From assembly GCA_035628505.1 (NCBI GenBank), contig DASPJR010000158.1, positions 20,183 to 84,182 of the forward strand: a stretch of 64,000 bases of DNA. The letters run 5' to 3'. The position numbers and the translations under genes are program-made. Shown here piece after piece: positions 30,104-40,269 of this stretch; within the stretch, counting starts at the first letter, position 1; every line of letters begins with the position of its first letter. Source of the DNA: Planctomycetota bacterium (lineage in GTDB: Bacteria > Planctomycetota > SZUA-567 > H5-PLA8). The notes beneath the pieces are model-generated. The model was not told where the DNA came from, did no database searches, and saw only the letters and a program-made list of their open reading frames with translations.

Positions 30104-32251
30104 ATGTCTTCACCGCAGCTCCCGGCCGACCCGCTCAGCGCACAGAACGCGCAGACGGTCAGCATGGACGGTTCAGCGCCGCACTCCAGCGGCGCCGAGG
30201 CGCCCGTGCTTCCAGCAATCCTGCGTGTCGGCGAATACGACCTGATCCGTGAAATCGCACGAGGCGGGATGGGTGTCGTTTACGAAGCGCGGCACACGCA
30301 GCTGCAGCGCACCGTCGCGATGAAGATGATTCTCTCCGGCCAGTTCGCGGGCTCAAACCAGCTCATCCGCTTTCGCACCGAAGCCGAGGCCGCTGCAAAC
30401 CTGGATCATCCGCATATCGTTCCGATTTATGAAATCGGAAGCTACGAAGGCAAGCCGTTCTTCACGATGAAGCTGCTGAGCGGCGGAAGTGTCGCTCAGA
30501 AAATTGGGGAGTACTCGAAAGATCCGCGCCGGACAGCAGCGCTGATGCTCAAAGTTTCGCGGGCCGTCCACTTCGCTCACCAGCGCGGCATTCTGCACCG
30601 CGATCTCAAGCCTGAAAATATTCTGCTCGACGACAGCGGCGAACCGGCCGTAGCAGATTTCGGCCTGGCCAAACGCGTCGACGAATCGCCCGCTGAGCCG
30701 GGTACCGGGCCTTCTCAGGGCGTGACTCAGAGCGGCTCCGTCATCGGCACTCCCGCCTACATGGCGCCGGAACAGGCTGCGGGGAACAATAAGCGCATCA
30801 CGGTCGCTGCGGACGTCTACAGCCTCGGCGCGATTCTTTATGAACTGCTGACCGGCCGTCCGCCATTCTCAGGAAAGTCTCTGCTGGATCTGCTTATGAA
30901 AGTCCAGACCGAGCCGCCGGAGCCGCCGCGAAAAGTAAATCCAAAAGCAGACACGGGTCTGGAACTGATCTGCCTGAAGTGCCTCGAAAAGGATCCGGCT
31001 CAACGTTACGTCTCGGCCGAGGCGCTCGCGCAGGACCTGGAGCGCTGGCTGAACGGCGAGCCGCTCTCAGTCAATCCGGCGAACGTGTTGTTCCGCCTGG
31101 TTCACTGGACGCGCACCCACATTCGCGCTGCCGTATGGGCCGCCAGCATCGGTGCCGTGATCGCCTTTGCATTGAACACGCTGATCGGCTCGATCGTTCT
31201 CCGGTCCGACGCGCTGCGCTCCATTACCCAGGCCTATGAAAAGTTCCCCTCAGTGAAGCAGCCGCCGCGCCTGGACTGGCTGGTGCCGGGTGAGCCCTCG
31301 CCCGGGATCATCCTTCTTTTGTTGCTCTTAAGCCTTTCACTGATGATCAGTTGGGGCTTGCTGCTGACATGGACGACGCGGCCGAAAAACCGCTGGGACG
31401 ATCTGATAACCGGCCTGGGCAGCGGGATCACCGCGGCCGTGCTGCTTTTCATCTTCAGCAGCGGCTGGGCAATGCCAATCGGCTTTAAGTTCCTGCCTGT
31501 CCATGAGGACCTGCTGCTGCTGGCCGGCAAAAACGTCGAAGACATCACCCTGATCGGAGACGAGCCACCCCCCAAGAAAGACGATGGCAAGCCCAAGCTC
31601 TCGGCAGAAGAGAAATTGCTGAAGCGCTATCCCGATCTGGCCGGTGTGCCTGCGGCTGAACGCAGCGGGATACTGATGCCAAAGGTCGTCGCTGATCTGC
31701 AGTTCCAGATGCCGATGATGTTCGGCGTTTGGCTTTATATTCTGACGACTGCGTGCCTGGGAACAGCGGTGTCGCAATCCATGGCCGCCGGCTCACTGCT
31801 GCGGCGCGGTGATTCGATCCTGAATGTCGTTCTGCCTTACCTCGAACTGAGTTTCGCCTGGTTCATCCTGATTTTGACAGTAAACGGCTGGCTGCAGCGC
31901 CTGATTATGCCGGCGTATGTGCGGGAACCGATGGGCTGGAATCACGGACCGTTGAGCGACGATCTGCTTGAAACGATGCTTACCGCCTTGCCTGTCGCCG
32001 TCGCGATCGCCGGAACAGCCTGGAGCTGGACCGCGCGCAGGCGCTTGCTGGGATACGCCACGTGTGCGACGCTGATCGCAGGGATCACTTCAGGATTCGC
32101 GGCAGGAGTGGCTGTCGCGCTTCCCCTACCCGTCTTTGCTTTACCCGAGATGGAGGTGTATCGCCGTCAGACGTTCCTCCGAAAGGGTGTAATTCTGATA
32201 CTCTGGTTGCCAGTCTGGCTGATCATACTGGGGCTGCTGGGACATAAATGA
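30104..32251 (+). CDS. Ser/Thr protein kinase with multi-TM C-terminal region
   Basis: IARGGMGVVY, VAMK, HRDLKPEN, DFG, YMAPE and DVYSLG; several C-terminal TM helices. Confidence 0.92.
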   Translation: MSSPQLPADPLSAQNAQTVSMDGSAPHSSGAEAPVLPAILRVGEYDLIREIARGGMGVVYEARHTQLQRTVAMKMILSGQFAGSNQLIRFRTEAEAAANLDHPHIVPIYEIGSYEGKPFFTMKLLSGGSVAQKIGEYSKDPRRTAALMLKVSRAVHFAHQRGILHRDLKPENILLDDSGEPAVADFGLAKRVDESPAEPGTGPSQGVTQSGSVIGTPAYMAPEQAAGNNKRITVAADVYSLGAILYELLTGRPPFSGKSLLDLLMKVQTEPPEPPRKVNPKADTGLELICLKCLEKDPAQRYVSAEALAQDLERWLNGEPLSVNPANVLFRLVHWTRTHIRAAVWAASIGAVIAFALNTLIGSIVLRSDALRSITQAYEKFPSVKQPPRLDWLVPGEPSPGIILLLLLLSLSLMISWGLLLTWTTRPKNRWDDLITGLGSGITAAVLLFIFSSGWAMPIGFKFLPVHEDLLLLAGKNVEDITLIGDEPPPKKDDGKPKLSAEEKLLKRYPDLAGVPAAERSGILMPKVVADLQFQMPMMFGVWLYILTTACLGTAVSQSMAAGSLLRRGDSILNVVLPYLELSFAWFILILTVNGWLQRLIMPAYVREPMGWNHGPLSDDLLETMLTALPVAVAIAGTAWSWTARRRLLGYATCATLIAGITSGFAAGVAVALPLPVFALPEMEVYRRQTFLRKGVILILWLPVWLIILGLLGHK

Positions 32252-32526
32252 CAAAGCAAAATGCCACGCTGATGGTTGCACATTTGACACCCAAATATTG
32301 ACAGAAAGAAAAATTAGAGGTAAGTTGCAGGTGGTGGAAGATCATTCTCTTTGGCATATTAGATTCTCCGACGCTTAGCCTTGCCAGCTTACGATCCACA
32401 CCATTTCACTGACAATCCAAGTGCCGGCGATTCGCCTCTGCTTGCGCTGTCGCCATACTGGCATCAGATTTGTACAACGGCGAGCGGTTCGCAGCTTTTC
32501 ATGCAACCACACACGAGGGAGCGTCC

Positions 32527-34578
32527 ATGCCCAGCAGCCTCTTCAGCACGATTGCCAGCGGGTCCGACATCGAACAGTTCCGCACTCTGAACTGGGAAGG
32601 CAGTTTTGACGAGTACCTCGACATCGTCGTTAAAGACCCGCGCGTGACTCGAAACGCGTATCAGCGTCTTTATGACATGATCCTGTCCTACGGACAGGAA
32701 GAAGTGACCGAGCACCGCGAAAAGCTGATTCATTACAAATTCTTCAGCGATCCAATCTCGAATGGACGTGACGGCGTCTTCGGCATGGATCGCTCGCTGA
32801 TGCGGCTGGTCAGCGTGATCAAGTCCGCGGCGATGGGCTACGGCACCGAGCGCCGCGTGCTGCTGCTGCATGGACCGGTCGGAAGCGCCAAGAGCACCAT
32901 CGCACGGCTGCTGAAAAAAGGACTGGAAGTCTATTCAAAGACCGAACGCGGCGCGCTCTACACTTTCTCCTGGGACATTCCCGACATGCAGGGCCAGGAT
33001 TCCGTGCAGCCCTGCCCAATGCATGAAGAACCGCTGAAGCTCATTCCTTTCGATCAGCGCGAGCGTGCGGCTGCGGAGATCAACAACCGCGCCAAGAGCG
33101 ATTACAAGGTCCACATTGAAGGCGACCTGTGCCCGTTCTGCCGCTACGTGTTCCGCTCCATGATGGACAAGTACAGCGGCGACTGGGCCAAGGTGATGAA
33201 GCACATCCGCGTGCGGCGCATGGTCCTGTCTGAAAAAGACCGCGTGGGCATCGGCACGTTCCAGCCAAAGGACGAGAAGAATCAGGATTCGACGGAACTG
33301 ACAGGCGACATCAACTACCGCAAGATCGCCGAATACGGCAGCGACAGCGATCCGCGCGCGTTCAACTTCGACGGCGAATTCAACGTCGCCAACCGCGGCA
33401 TCATCGAATTCATCGAAGTGCTCAAGCTGGACGTCGCGTTCCTGTATGACCTGCTCGGCGCCAGCCAGGAACACAAGATCAAGCCCAAGAAGTTCGCGCA
33501 GACGGACATTGACGAAGTCATCCTCGGCCATACCAACGAGCCCGAATACAAAAAGCTGCAGTCCAACGAGATGATGGAAGCGTTCCGCGACCGCACGGTG
33601 AAGATCGACATTCCGTATAACGTGAAGATCCAGGACGAAGTGCGCATCTACGAACGCGACTTCAACAAAGAACGCGTCAAGAAGCACATCGCCCCGCACA
33701 CCATAGAGATTGCCGCAATGTGGGCCGTTCTCACGCGCCTGGAAGAGCCGAAGAAAGCGCAGCTGTCGCTGATGCAGAAGCTGAAACTTTACGCCGGCAA
33801 GACCTTGCCGGGCTATACTGAAGACAACGTGGGCGAACTGAAGCAGGAAGCCCCGCGCGAAGGAATGACCGGCATCTCCCCGCGCTACATCCAGGACAAG
33901 CTTTCAAACGCGCTGGTCTCGAACACCAGCAGCACGTCGGTCAACCCGTTCATGGTTCTGAACGAGCTCGAAGCCGGGCTGCAGCATCATTCATTGATCA
34001 CCAACGAAGAACAGCGCAAGCGCTACCGTGAGCTTCTGGCTGTCGTGCGCGAAGAATACGAAGAGATCGTTAAAAATGAAGTTCAGCGGGCAATCAGCGC
34101 TGACGAGGAAGCCATCGCGAAACTTTGCCAGAATTACATCGATAACATTAAGGCCTACACGCAGAAGGAAAAAGTGCGCAACAAGTACACGGGCCAGGCC
34201 GAACCGCCCGATGAACGGCTGATGCGCAGCATCGAAGAAAAGATCGAGATACCTGAGAGCCGCAAAGACGACTTCCGGCGCGAGATAATGAATTACATTG
34301 GCGCACTCGCCATCGACGGCCGCCATTTCGACTTCCGTATGAATGAGCGCCTGCACCGTGCATTGGAGCTGAAACTGTTCGAGGATCAGAAGGATTCGAT
34401 CAAGCTCAGCACGTTGGTCTCCTCGGTTGTGGACCGCGAGACGCAGGAGAAGATCGACATCGTAAAAAGCCGCCTGATTCGCAATTTTGGATATGATGAA
34501 GAGTCAGCCACAGACGTCCTGAACTTTGTAGCCAGCATCTTCGCTCGAGGCGACACGAAGACGAAGAACAAGAACTAA
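32527..34578 (+). CDS. prkA: PrkA/YeaG family AAA+ serine kinase
   Basis: [12 protein letters not shown] Walker [18 protein letters not shown] and GISPRY; ATG at 32527 behind a GAGG RBS. Confidence 0.93.
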   Translation: MPSSLFSTIASGSDIEQFRTLNWEGSFDEYLDIVVKDPRVTRNAYQRLYDMILSYGQEEVTEHREKLIHYKFFSDPISNGRDGVFGMDRSLMRLVSVIKSAAMGYGTERRVLLLHGPVGSAKSTIARLLKKGLEVYSKTERGALYTFSWDIPDMQGQDSVQPCPMHEEPLKLIPFDQRERAAAEINNRAKSDYKVHIEGDLCPFCRYVFRSMMDKYSGDWAKVMKHIRVRRMVLSEKDRVGIGTFQPKDEKNQDSTELTGDINYRKIAEYGSDSDPRAFNFDGEFNVANRGIIEFIEVLKLDVAFLYDLLGASQEHKIKPKKFAQTDIDEVILGHTNEPEYKKLQSNEMMEAFRDRTVKIDIPYNVKIQDEVRIYERDFNKERVKKHIAPHTIEIAAMWAVLTRLEEPKKAQLSLMQKLKLYAGKTLPGYTEDNVGELKQEAPREGMTGISPRYIQDKLSNALVSNTSSTSVNPFMVLNELEAGLQHHSLITNEEQRKRYRELLAVVREEYEEIVKNEVQRAISADEEAIAKLCQNYIDNIKAYTQKEKVRNKYTGQAEPPDERLMRSIEEKIEIPESRKDDFRREIMNYIGALAIDGRHFDFRMNERLHRALELKLFEDQKDSIKLSTLVSSVVDRETQEKIDIVKSRLIRNFGYDEESATDVLNFVASIFARGDTKTKNKN

Positions 34579-34658
34579 GTAAAAGCTATGTTTTTGGCAC
34601 TGGCGGTGCTCGGGGTCAGCGGTAGCGTAGTTTGTGTCGCGTTTTCGCGGGGGTGGGC

Positions 34659-35288
34659 ATGCAGCAGAGTCCCGGGTCACCATCACAGCCCCAGCCGTTT
34701 GATCCCTTCGAGACTGAGGCCAGGCTCACAACCAGCACATCGTGGTTCTGGGCCATGGCGGCGCAGGCGCTCTGTACCGGCTTCCTGGTTATCCTTAATC
34801 ATTTCGCTCAAGGGCATCCCTGGGAACGCCAGGTCCGCTGCATTGTCATTATTGGAATTGTCGCTACGTGGAGCCTGGCTCTGCGCACGATCCGCCAGCG
34901 CCTGGTGGAACTGATGGCTTACTGGCAGAAGGCATCGAAGGGACTTCTGCGCAAGGCGTCGGAAAGCGGGCGGCACCTGATCGCCGCACCGATGCCGGAT
35001 GAGCAGAAGCAGTACATCCAGGGTTCAATCTGGAGACTGCGCATCATCGCGGCGGGGTTGACGATTCCCTTTTTCGTGATGCCGATGGCATGGTCATTCA
35101 TCGCCATGAACCTGTCGCTGCATGTTGGTCCGCTGGCCAAGGAATTCTGGGCCGGCGTCGCGCTGTTCACCATGGTCTCGGCGTTCATCGTTGCCGGCTA
35201 CTTCCACTGGGCGATTCTACCAATGCCGGTTCCCATGCGTGTGGGCGGCAAACGCCAGCTGACGGCACGCGTGCGCCGCCGGGTCTGA
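34659..35288 (+). CDS. Hypothetical membrane protein between prkA and yeaH
   Basis: About 4 TM segments, co-oriented with its neighbours. Confidence 0.65.
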   Translation: MQQSPGSPSQPQPFDPFETEARLTTSTSWFWAMAAQALCTGFLVILNHFAQGHPWERQVRCIVIIGIVATWSLALRTIRQRLVELMAYWQKASKGLLRKASESGRHLIAAPMPDEQKQYIQGSIWRLRIIAAGLTIPFFVMPMAWSFIAMNLSLHVGPLAKEFWAGVALFTMVSAFIVAGYFHWAILPMPVPMRVGGKRQLTARVRRRV

Positions 35289-35423
35289 TCCCATCCGCTC
35301 CGTTCCTTCTCAATTCATGACCTGCGTTTGCGCATTTTCCGCTCCGTGGCAGTGCGCTCCAAAGATGTCTTTGCGCGCGGCACGTTGTATAATGAAGCAG
35401 GAATAAGAATGAGGTAAGGCAGC

Positions 35424-36551
35424 ATGGTTCCTCCTGATCCGAATTACGAATCCATCTCTAAAATCGAACGCGACCATTCGCGCTTCCGGCAGATCGTCCG
35501 CGGCAAGATCAAGAAAGAGCTGCGCAAGTACATGACGCAGGGCGAGATGATCGGCAAGAAGGGCAAGGACATCGTTTCGATTCCGCTTCCGCAGATCGAT
35601 CTGCCGCATTTCCGTTTTGGCCGCAACCAGGGCGGCGTAGGTTCCGGCGAAGGCCAGGTCGGCGATCCGCTCAGCGGCCAGCCACAGGACGGCGACGGCA
35701 CGGGCGAAGCCGGCGATCAGCCGGGCGAGCACATCCTGGAAGTGGACCTGACGCTTGAAGAGCTCGCCAAAATCCTGGGCGAAGAGCTCGAACTGCCCAA
35801 CATCGCTCCGAAGGGCAAGCGCACCATTATGGCCGAGAAGGAGCGCTACAGCTCTATTCGCCGCGAAGGCCCCGAATCGCTGCGCCATTTCAAGCGGACG
35901 TTCGTGCGCGCGCTGCGCCGCCAGATCGCGACTGGCAATTACAATCCCGGTAATCCGATCATCGTTCCGATCAAAGCCGACAAGGTTTACAAAAGCTGGC
36001 AGATCACTCACGTTCCGGAATCCAACGCGGTCATCTTCTACATGATGGACGTGTCGGGCTCGATGGGCGACGAGCAGAAGGATCTAGTTCGCACGACCGC
36101 ATTCTGGATTGACACATGGCTGCGCAGCCAGTACCGCACCATCGAAAGCCGCTACATCACGCACGACGCCGCCGCACGCGAAGTCGATCAGGAGACGTTC
36201 TACAAAACGCGCGAATCCGGCGGAACTGCGATCAGCTCGGCGTACCGTCTCTGCGCTGACATGGTGGAAAAACATTACTCGCCGATGGACTGGAATATCT
36301 ACGCATTCCACTTCTCCGACGGCGATAATCTGCTCAGCGACAACGAGCAGTGCTTTCAGATTCTTAAACAGGAATTACTGCCGAAGGTGAATCTTTTCTG
36401 CTACGGCCAGGTGCGCAGTCTCTACGGTTCCGGCGAATTCAAACGCAAGCTCGACGACGCGATCGAAGAAGACAACCTGATCACGGTCGACATCAAGAAC
36501 AAGGAAGAGATTTACGACGCGATCAAAGTGTTTTTAGGTAAGGGGAAGTAA
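35424..36551 (+). CDS. yeaH: YeaH/YhbH (DUF444) family vWA-like protein
   Basis: [31 protein letters not shown] and FHFSDGDN. Confidence 0.92.
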   Translation: MVPPDPNYESISKIERDHSRFRQIVRGKIKKELRKYMTQGEMIGKKGKDIVSIPLPQIDLPHFRFGRNQGGVGSGEGQVGDPLSGQPQDGDGTGEAGDQPGEHILEVDLTLEELAKILGEELELPNIAPKGKRTIMAEKERYSSIRREGPESLRHFKRTFVRALRRQIATGNYNPGNPIIVPIKADKVYKSWQITHVPESNAVIFYMMDVSGSMGDEQKDLVRTTAFWIDTWLRSQYRTIESRYITHDAAAREVDQETFYKTRESGGTAISSAYRLCADMVEKHYSPMDWNIYAFHFSDGDNLLSDNEQCFQILKQELLPKVNLFCYGQVRSLYGSGEFKRKLDDAIEEDNLITVDIKNKEEIYDAIKVFLGKGK

Positions 36552-36556
36552 ACAGC

Positions 36557-36626
36557 GGCTCTTGGCTCTTAGCTCCTGGCTCTTGGCTCTTGGCTCTTGG
36601 CTCTTGGCTCTTGGCTCTTGGCTCTT
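36557..36626. repeat. Heptamer tandem array (GGCTCTT)x10
   Basis: Ten consecutive units with one variant (AGCTCCT), directly after the yeaH stop. Confidence 0.95.
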
Positions 36627-36733
36627 GAAGCGCGACAAACTGAGAGCCGCATGCTAATGAGCCAAAAAATGTCCGACGCAAACGCGAACAAAGAATACGC
36701 AGAGGCGCAAACCGGACAAATCAGGGAAGGCCA

Positions 36734-36893
36734 ATGAAACAAACGGCTAAGCTAACGGTGGACGAATTCATCGAAGAGTATTCCAAGCTCCCTGATGGGT
36801 GGCGCTACGAATTGAAAAATGGGTTTGAAGATTGATGTAGCGGCACTCTTCAGATTGGATCGCAAGCAATTGAGAAAGGCAGCAGGCTTGTAG
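36734..36893 (+). pseudogene. Uma2-family endonuclease remnant with a large internal deletion
   Basis: Frame 1 reads MKQTAKLTVDEFIEEYSKLPDGWRYELKNG (Uma2-like N-terminus); at GGGT (36821-36824) it joins a shifted frame reading GLKIDVAALF...AAGL* (Uma2-like C-terminus). Confidence 0.7.
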
Positions 36894-36895
36894 CC

Positions 36896-37543
36896 ATGTC
36901 CGACGCCAATGCGAACAAGGAAAAGTGGGCCGCGAAGAACCAGGGCCGCACGCTTCACCCCGAAGCCGTTGCGGCCGCCGCAGAATCGCGCCCAAAAATT
37001 CCGCCGGGGCAGCACATCCCGCAGGGCTGGCCGCGACTCGATCTCGGCTTCGTGCCCGACATCCCCCTCGACAAGTGGAGCCTGAGCGTCAAAGGCCTGG
37101 TTGAGCGTCCGCACGTTTTCACCTGGCAGGAATTCCAGGAGCTGCCGCAGAGTGAGCAGGTCGCGGACATGCATTGCGTCACGACCTGGAGCGTTCTCGA
37201 TAGCACGTTTAAAGGCGTGAGTTTCGCCGATCTGGCGATGCACGTCGGCGTGCTGGCTTCCGCAAAATTCGTTTACTTCAGTTGCTTTGACGGCTACACG
37301 ACCAATCTCGATCTCGAAGGCTGCATGGACGAGGATGTCATGCTCATGCACTCCTGGAACGGCGCGCCGCTCGACGCCGAACACGGCGGCCCCGTGCGCA
37401 TGCTGATCCCCAAGCGTTATCTCTGGAAGAGCGCGAAGTGGATCAAAGAGATCGTGTTTATGGAAAAGGACAAGCTCGGTTATTGGGAAGTGCGCGGCTA
37501 TCACAACCACGCCGACCCGTGGACGGAAGAGAGGTTTTCATGA
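36896..37543 (+). CDS. Sulfite-oxidase-like molybdopterin-dependent oxidoreductase (YuiH/MsrP-like catalytic domain)
   Basis: DMHCVTTWS Mo-ligand Cys, HGGPVRMLIPKRYLWKSAKW and GYWEVRGYH. Confidence 0.88.
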   Translation: MSDANANKEKWAAKNQGRTLHPEAVAAAAESRPKIPPGQHIPQGWPRLDLGFVPDIPLDKWSLSVKGLVERPHVFTWQEFQELPQSEQVADMHCVTTWSVLDSTFKGVSFADLAMHVGVLASAKFVYFSCFDGYTTNLDLEGCMDEDVMLMHSWNGAPLDAEHGGPVRMLIPKRYLWKSAKWIKEIVFMEKDKLGYWEVRGYHNHADPWTEERFS

Positions 37544-38229
37544 GTTCCTCGCGCGTGCAGGAGACCGCGGCCGAGTACGGAAAGGCGGCGACAATCGCTC
37601 CCGCGGAGCAGCGTGTCATTCTTCACAACATTACCTGGGACACTTACGTGCGGCTATTGGAGGAGACTGGAGACAATCGACGAAGCCGCATGGCCTACGA
37701 TGGGGAGACGTTAGAAATTATGTCGCCGCAACGGCAGCACGAAGCAAGCAATTACCTCATCGGAATAATGATTTTTATTCTTGCTGAAGAGCTTGAATTG
37801 GAAATGGCAGGATGTGGACAACTGACCTGTAAACGCCAGATTGCCCAAAAAGGGTTGGAGCCAGACTCTTGTTTTTATATCGCCCATGAAGCTGAAGTCC
37901 GAGGACTGGATAGGATCGATCTGGATTTAAATCATCCGCCACCTGACCTGATGATTGAGGTAGACATAACGCACTCTTCCATAGACAAGCTTGCAATTTG
38001 CGCAACGCTGGGCGTGCCCGAAGTCTGGCGATATGACGGCCATACATTGCGTTTTTTTGTTTTAAAAGGCGCCATCTACAAAGAAGCCGAGGAAAGTCTT
38101 GCATTCCCCAAGCTTCCGCTGCGTTCTAAGATTCCAGAAATTATCGCGCATGAACCTGCTGTCGGCGAGATGAAAGCTCTTCGCGAATTCCGCACCTGGG
38201 TAAAGCAGCAGTTGGAGGCCCGGAAATGA
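37540..38229 (+). CDS. Uma2-family (DUF820) endonuclease
   Basis: VILHNITWDTY, YDGETLEIMSP...HE, LEPDSCFYI, PPDLMIEVD and LGVPEVWRYDG; ATGA overlaps at both ends. Confidence 0.9.
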   Translation: MSSSRVQETAAEYGKAATIAPAEQRVILHNITWDTYVRLLEETGDNRRSRMAYDGETLEIMSPQRQHEASNYLIGIMIFILAEELELEMAGCGQLTCKRQIAQKGLEPDSCFYIAHEAEVRGLDRIDLDLNHPPPDLMIEVDITHSSIDKLAICATLGVPEVWRYDGHTLRFFVLKGAIYKEAEESLAFPKLPLRSKIPEIIAHEPAVGEMKALREFRTWVKQQLEARK

Positions 38230-39755
38230 ATCTGACTCCCGAACTTGATGACCTGAAAGAAGAGATTAAGGCCCACGCCATTGACTGCGGGCTGGACTTC
38301 TTCGATGTCGTCTACGAAGTGCTGACGCACGATCAGATGAACCAGATCGCGGCGATGGGCGGCTTCCCCACGCGCTACCCGCACTGGCGCTTTGGCATGG
38401 AATACGAGCGGCTCAGCAAATCGTACACGTACGGGCTCTCGAAGATTTACGAGATGGTCATCAACAACGATCCCTGCTACGCATACCTGATGCAGTCCAA
38501 TCCCATCGGCGATCAGAAGCTCGTGATGGCGCACGTCTACGCACACTCGGATTTCTTCAAGAACAACTGCTATTTCGCGCATACGAGCCGCAAAGCCATC
38601 GACGAGATGGCCAACCATGGCGCGCGCATCCGCGGCTATGCCGAGCGCTACGGGCATGACACCGTGGAGGCGTTTCTCGACTGCTGCCTGAGCATCGAAA
38701 ACATGATCGACATTCACTCCACCTACATCCGGCGGCAGGAAGAGGTCAAGGCGGCATCGCAGCTGACCGAGGAAGACGACGACACGCTGAAAGTCGAGCG
38801 CATCCGTTCTAAGGATTACATGGACCGCTTTGTGAATCCGAAGGAGTTCCTGGAAGCCAAGCGCCGCGAGCTGGAAGACGAGCGCAAAAAGAAGAAGCGC
38901 ATTCCCGAAGAGCCCACGCGCGATCTGCTCAAGTTCCTGATCGAGTACGCGCCTCTCGAAAAATGGCAGCGCGACATTCTCACCATCGTCCGCGAAGAGG
39001 CGTACTATTTCGCGCCGCAGGGCATGACCAAGATCATGAACGAAGGCTGGGCCACGTACTGGCACTCGCGCATGATGACCGAAAAACTCGCCACTGACCG
39101 CGAGATCATCGACTACGCCGACCACCATTCCGGCACCGTCGCGATGGGGCCTGGACAAATCAATCCGTACAAGATCGGCGTTGAACTCTACCGGAATATC
39201 GAAGAGCGCTGGAATAAGGGCCAGCACGGCCCCGAGTGGGACCGCTGCGATGATTTCGACAAGCGCCGCAACTGGGACACGAAAGCCAACGCCGGCCGCG
39301 AGAAAATTTTTGAGGTGCGCCGCGTCCACAACGACGTCACCTTCATCGATGCGTTCTTCACGAAGGAATTCTGCGAAGAACACAAGCTCTTTGCGTTCAA
39401 GTTCAACCGCAAGAGCGGCGTTTACGAAATCTCGAGCCGCGAGTTCCAGGACATTAAACGCCAGTTGCTGAGCAACCTCACCAATGCAGGACAGCCGTTC
39501 ATTTACGTCGTCGACGCGAATCATTCCAATCGCGGCGAGCTCTACCTGCGGCACCGCTTTGAAGGCGTTGAGCTCAAAATGGATCATGCGCGCGACACGC
39601 TGCAGAACATTGCCGCAGTCTGGTCGCGTCCGGTTCACATTGAAACAGTCATCGGCGGCAAAGGCAGGCTGCTCACCTACGATGGCAGCGAGCATCGCGA
39701 TTCAGAGATTTCGGTCGATCTGGAAGACAGCTACGAAATGGCTGAAAGCCTGTAG
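38226..39755 (+). CDS. spoVR: SpoVR/YcgB family protein
   Basis: [47 protein letters not shown] and NPYKIG. Confidence 0.94.
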   Translation: MNLTPELDDLKEEIKAHAIDCGLDFFDVVYEVLTHDQMNQIAAMGGFPTRYPHWRFGMEYERLSKSYTYGLSKIYEMVINNDPCYAYLMQSNPIGDQKLVMAHVYAHSDFFKNNCYFAHTSRKAIDEMANHGARIRGYAERYGHDTVEAFLDCCLSIENMIDIHSTYIRRQEEVKAASQLTEEDDDTLKVERIRSKDYMDRFVNPKEFLEAKRRELEDERKKKKRIPEEPTRDLLKFLIEYAPLEKWQRDILTIVREEAYYFAPQGMTKIMNEGWATYWHSRMMTEKLATDREIIDYADHHSGTVAMGPGQINPYKIGVELYRNIEERWNKGQHGPEWDRCDDFDKRRNWDTKANAGREKIFEVRRVHNDVTFIDAFFTKEFCEEHKLFAFKFNRKSGVYEISSREFQDIKRQLLSNLTNAGQPFIYVVDANHSNRGELYLRHRFEGVELKMDHARDTLQNIAAVWSRPVHIETVIGGKGRLLTYDGSEHRDSEISVDLEDSYEMAESL

Positions 39756-39770
39756 GCGCGGAACACTCGC

Positions 39771-40019
39771 ATGAAATACCTGGTTCCAGCTTTTATATTC
39801 CCAGGCGCGGTGCTCGGGCTGTCAGGCCTGATGGCCTTAGTTTACGTAAGTTACATTCATGAAGATCTGGAAAGTTTAGAGGGCACGGTGCTCGTTGGGC
39901 TTACGGGATTAATGATTTCGTGTAGCCTCCTTTTGACCCTTTGCGGACTTTCCGCTGCATTCATCCACTACTTGCAAGCGAAGCGCTTTCCCGAGCGGTA
40001 CTCCGAGCTGTGGCTGTAA
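39771..40019 (+). CDS. Small two-TM membrane protein
   Basis: 82 aa with two hydrophobic segments, 15 bp after spoVR. Confidence 0.5.
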   Translation: MKYLVPAFIFPGAVLGLSGLMALVYVSYIHEDLESLEGTVLVGLTGLMISCSLLLTLCGLSAAFIHYLQAKRFPERYSELWL

Positions 40020-40269
40020 CGCCCACCTGAAGACGCCGCTTTGAAGTCAACCAGTTGCCATCCCCCGCCATTCGGTTAAAAGCTTTCCGGCGGCACGCGT
40101 CGTGCTTGCATTTTACAGCACGCATGCATCGCGCATGAGGTTGTACAACAGGGGACAGCAGCACGCTGAACAATGCCGCCGGAACGAAGTCATCTCAGCG
40201 CATTTCACCGCATGACTGAGACATTTCTGATCTGAATGCATTGAGCAGGCTGAACACAACGGAAGCTTC

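Noticed and set aside
36557-36626. Heptamer arrays (also 54530-54663) as CRISPR arrays
   Set aside because: The units are 7 bp, there are no unique spacers and no cas genes are present.
36833-36835. TGA in the Uma2 remnant as a selenocysteine codon
   Set aside because: It is not at a Cys-equivalent position and the homologous sequence continues in a different frame.
36896-37543. Molybdoenzyme as a second selenoprotein
   Set aside because: The Mo ligand codon is TGC (Cys) and the ORF has no internal stop.
38076-39695. 539-aa minus-strand ORF
   Set aside because: Antisense shadow of spoVR, typical of high-GC DNA.
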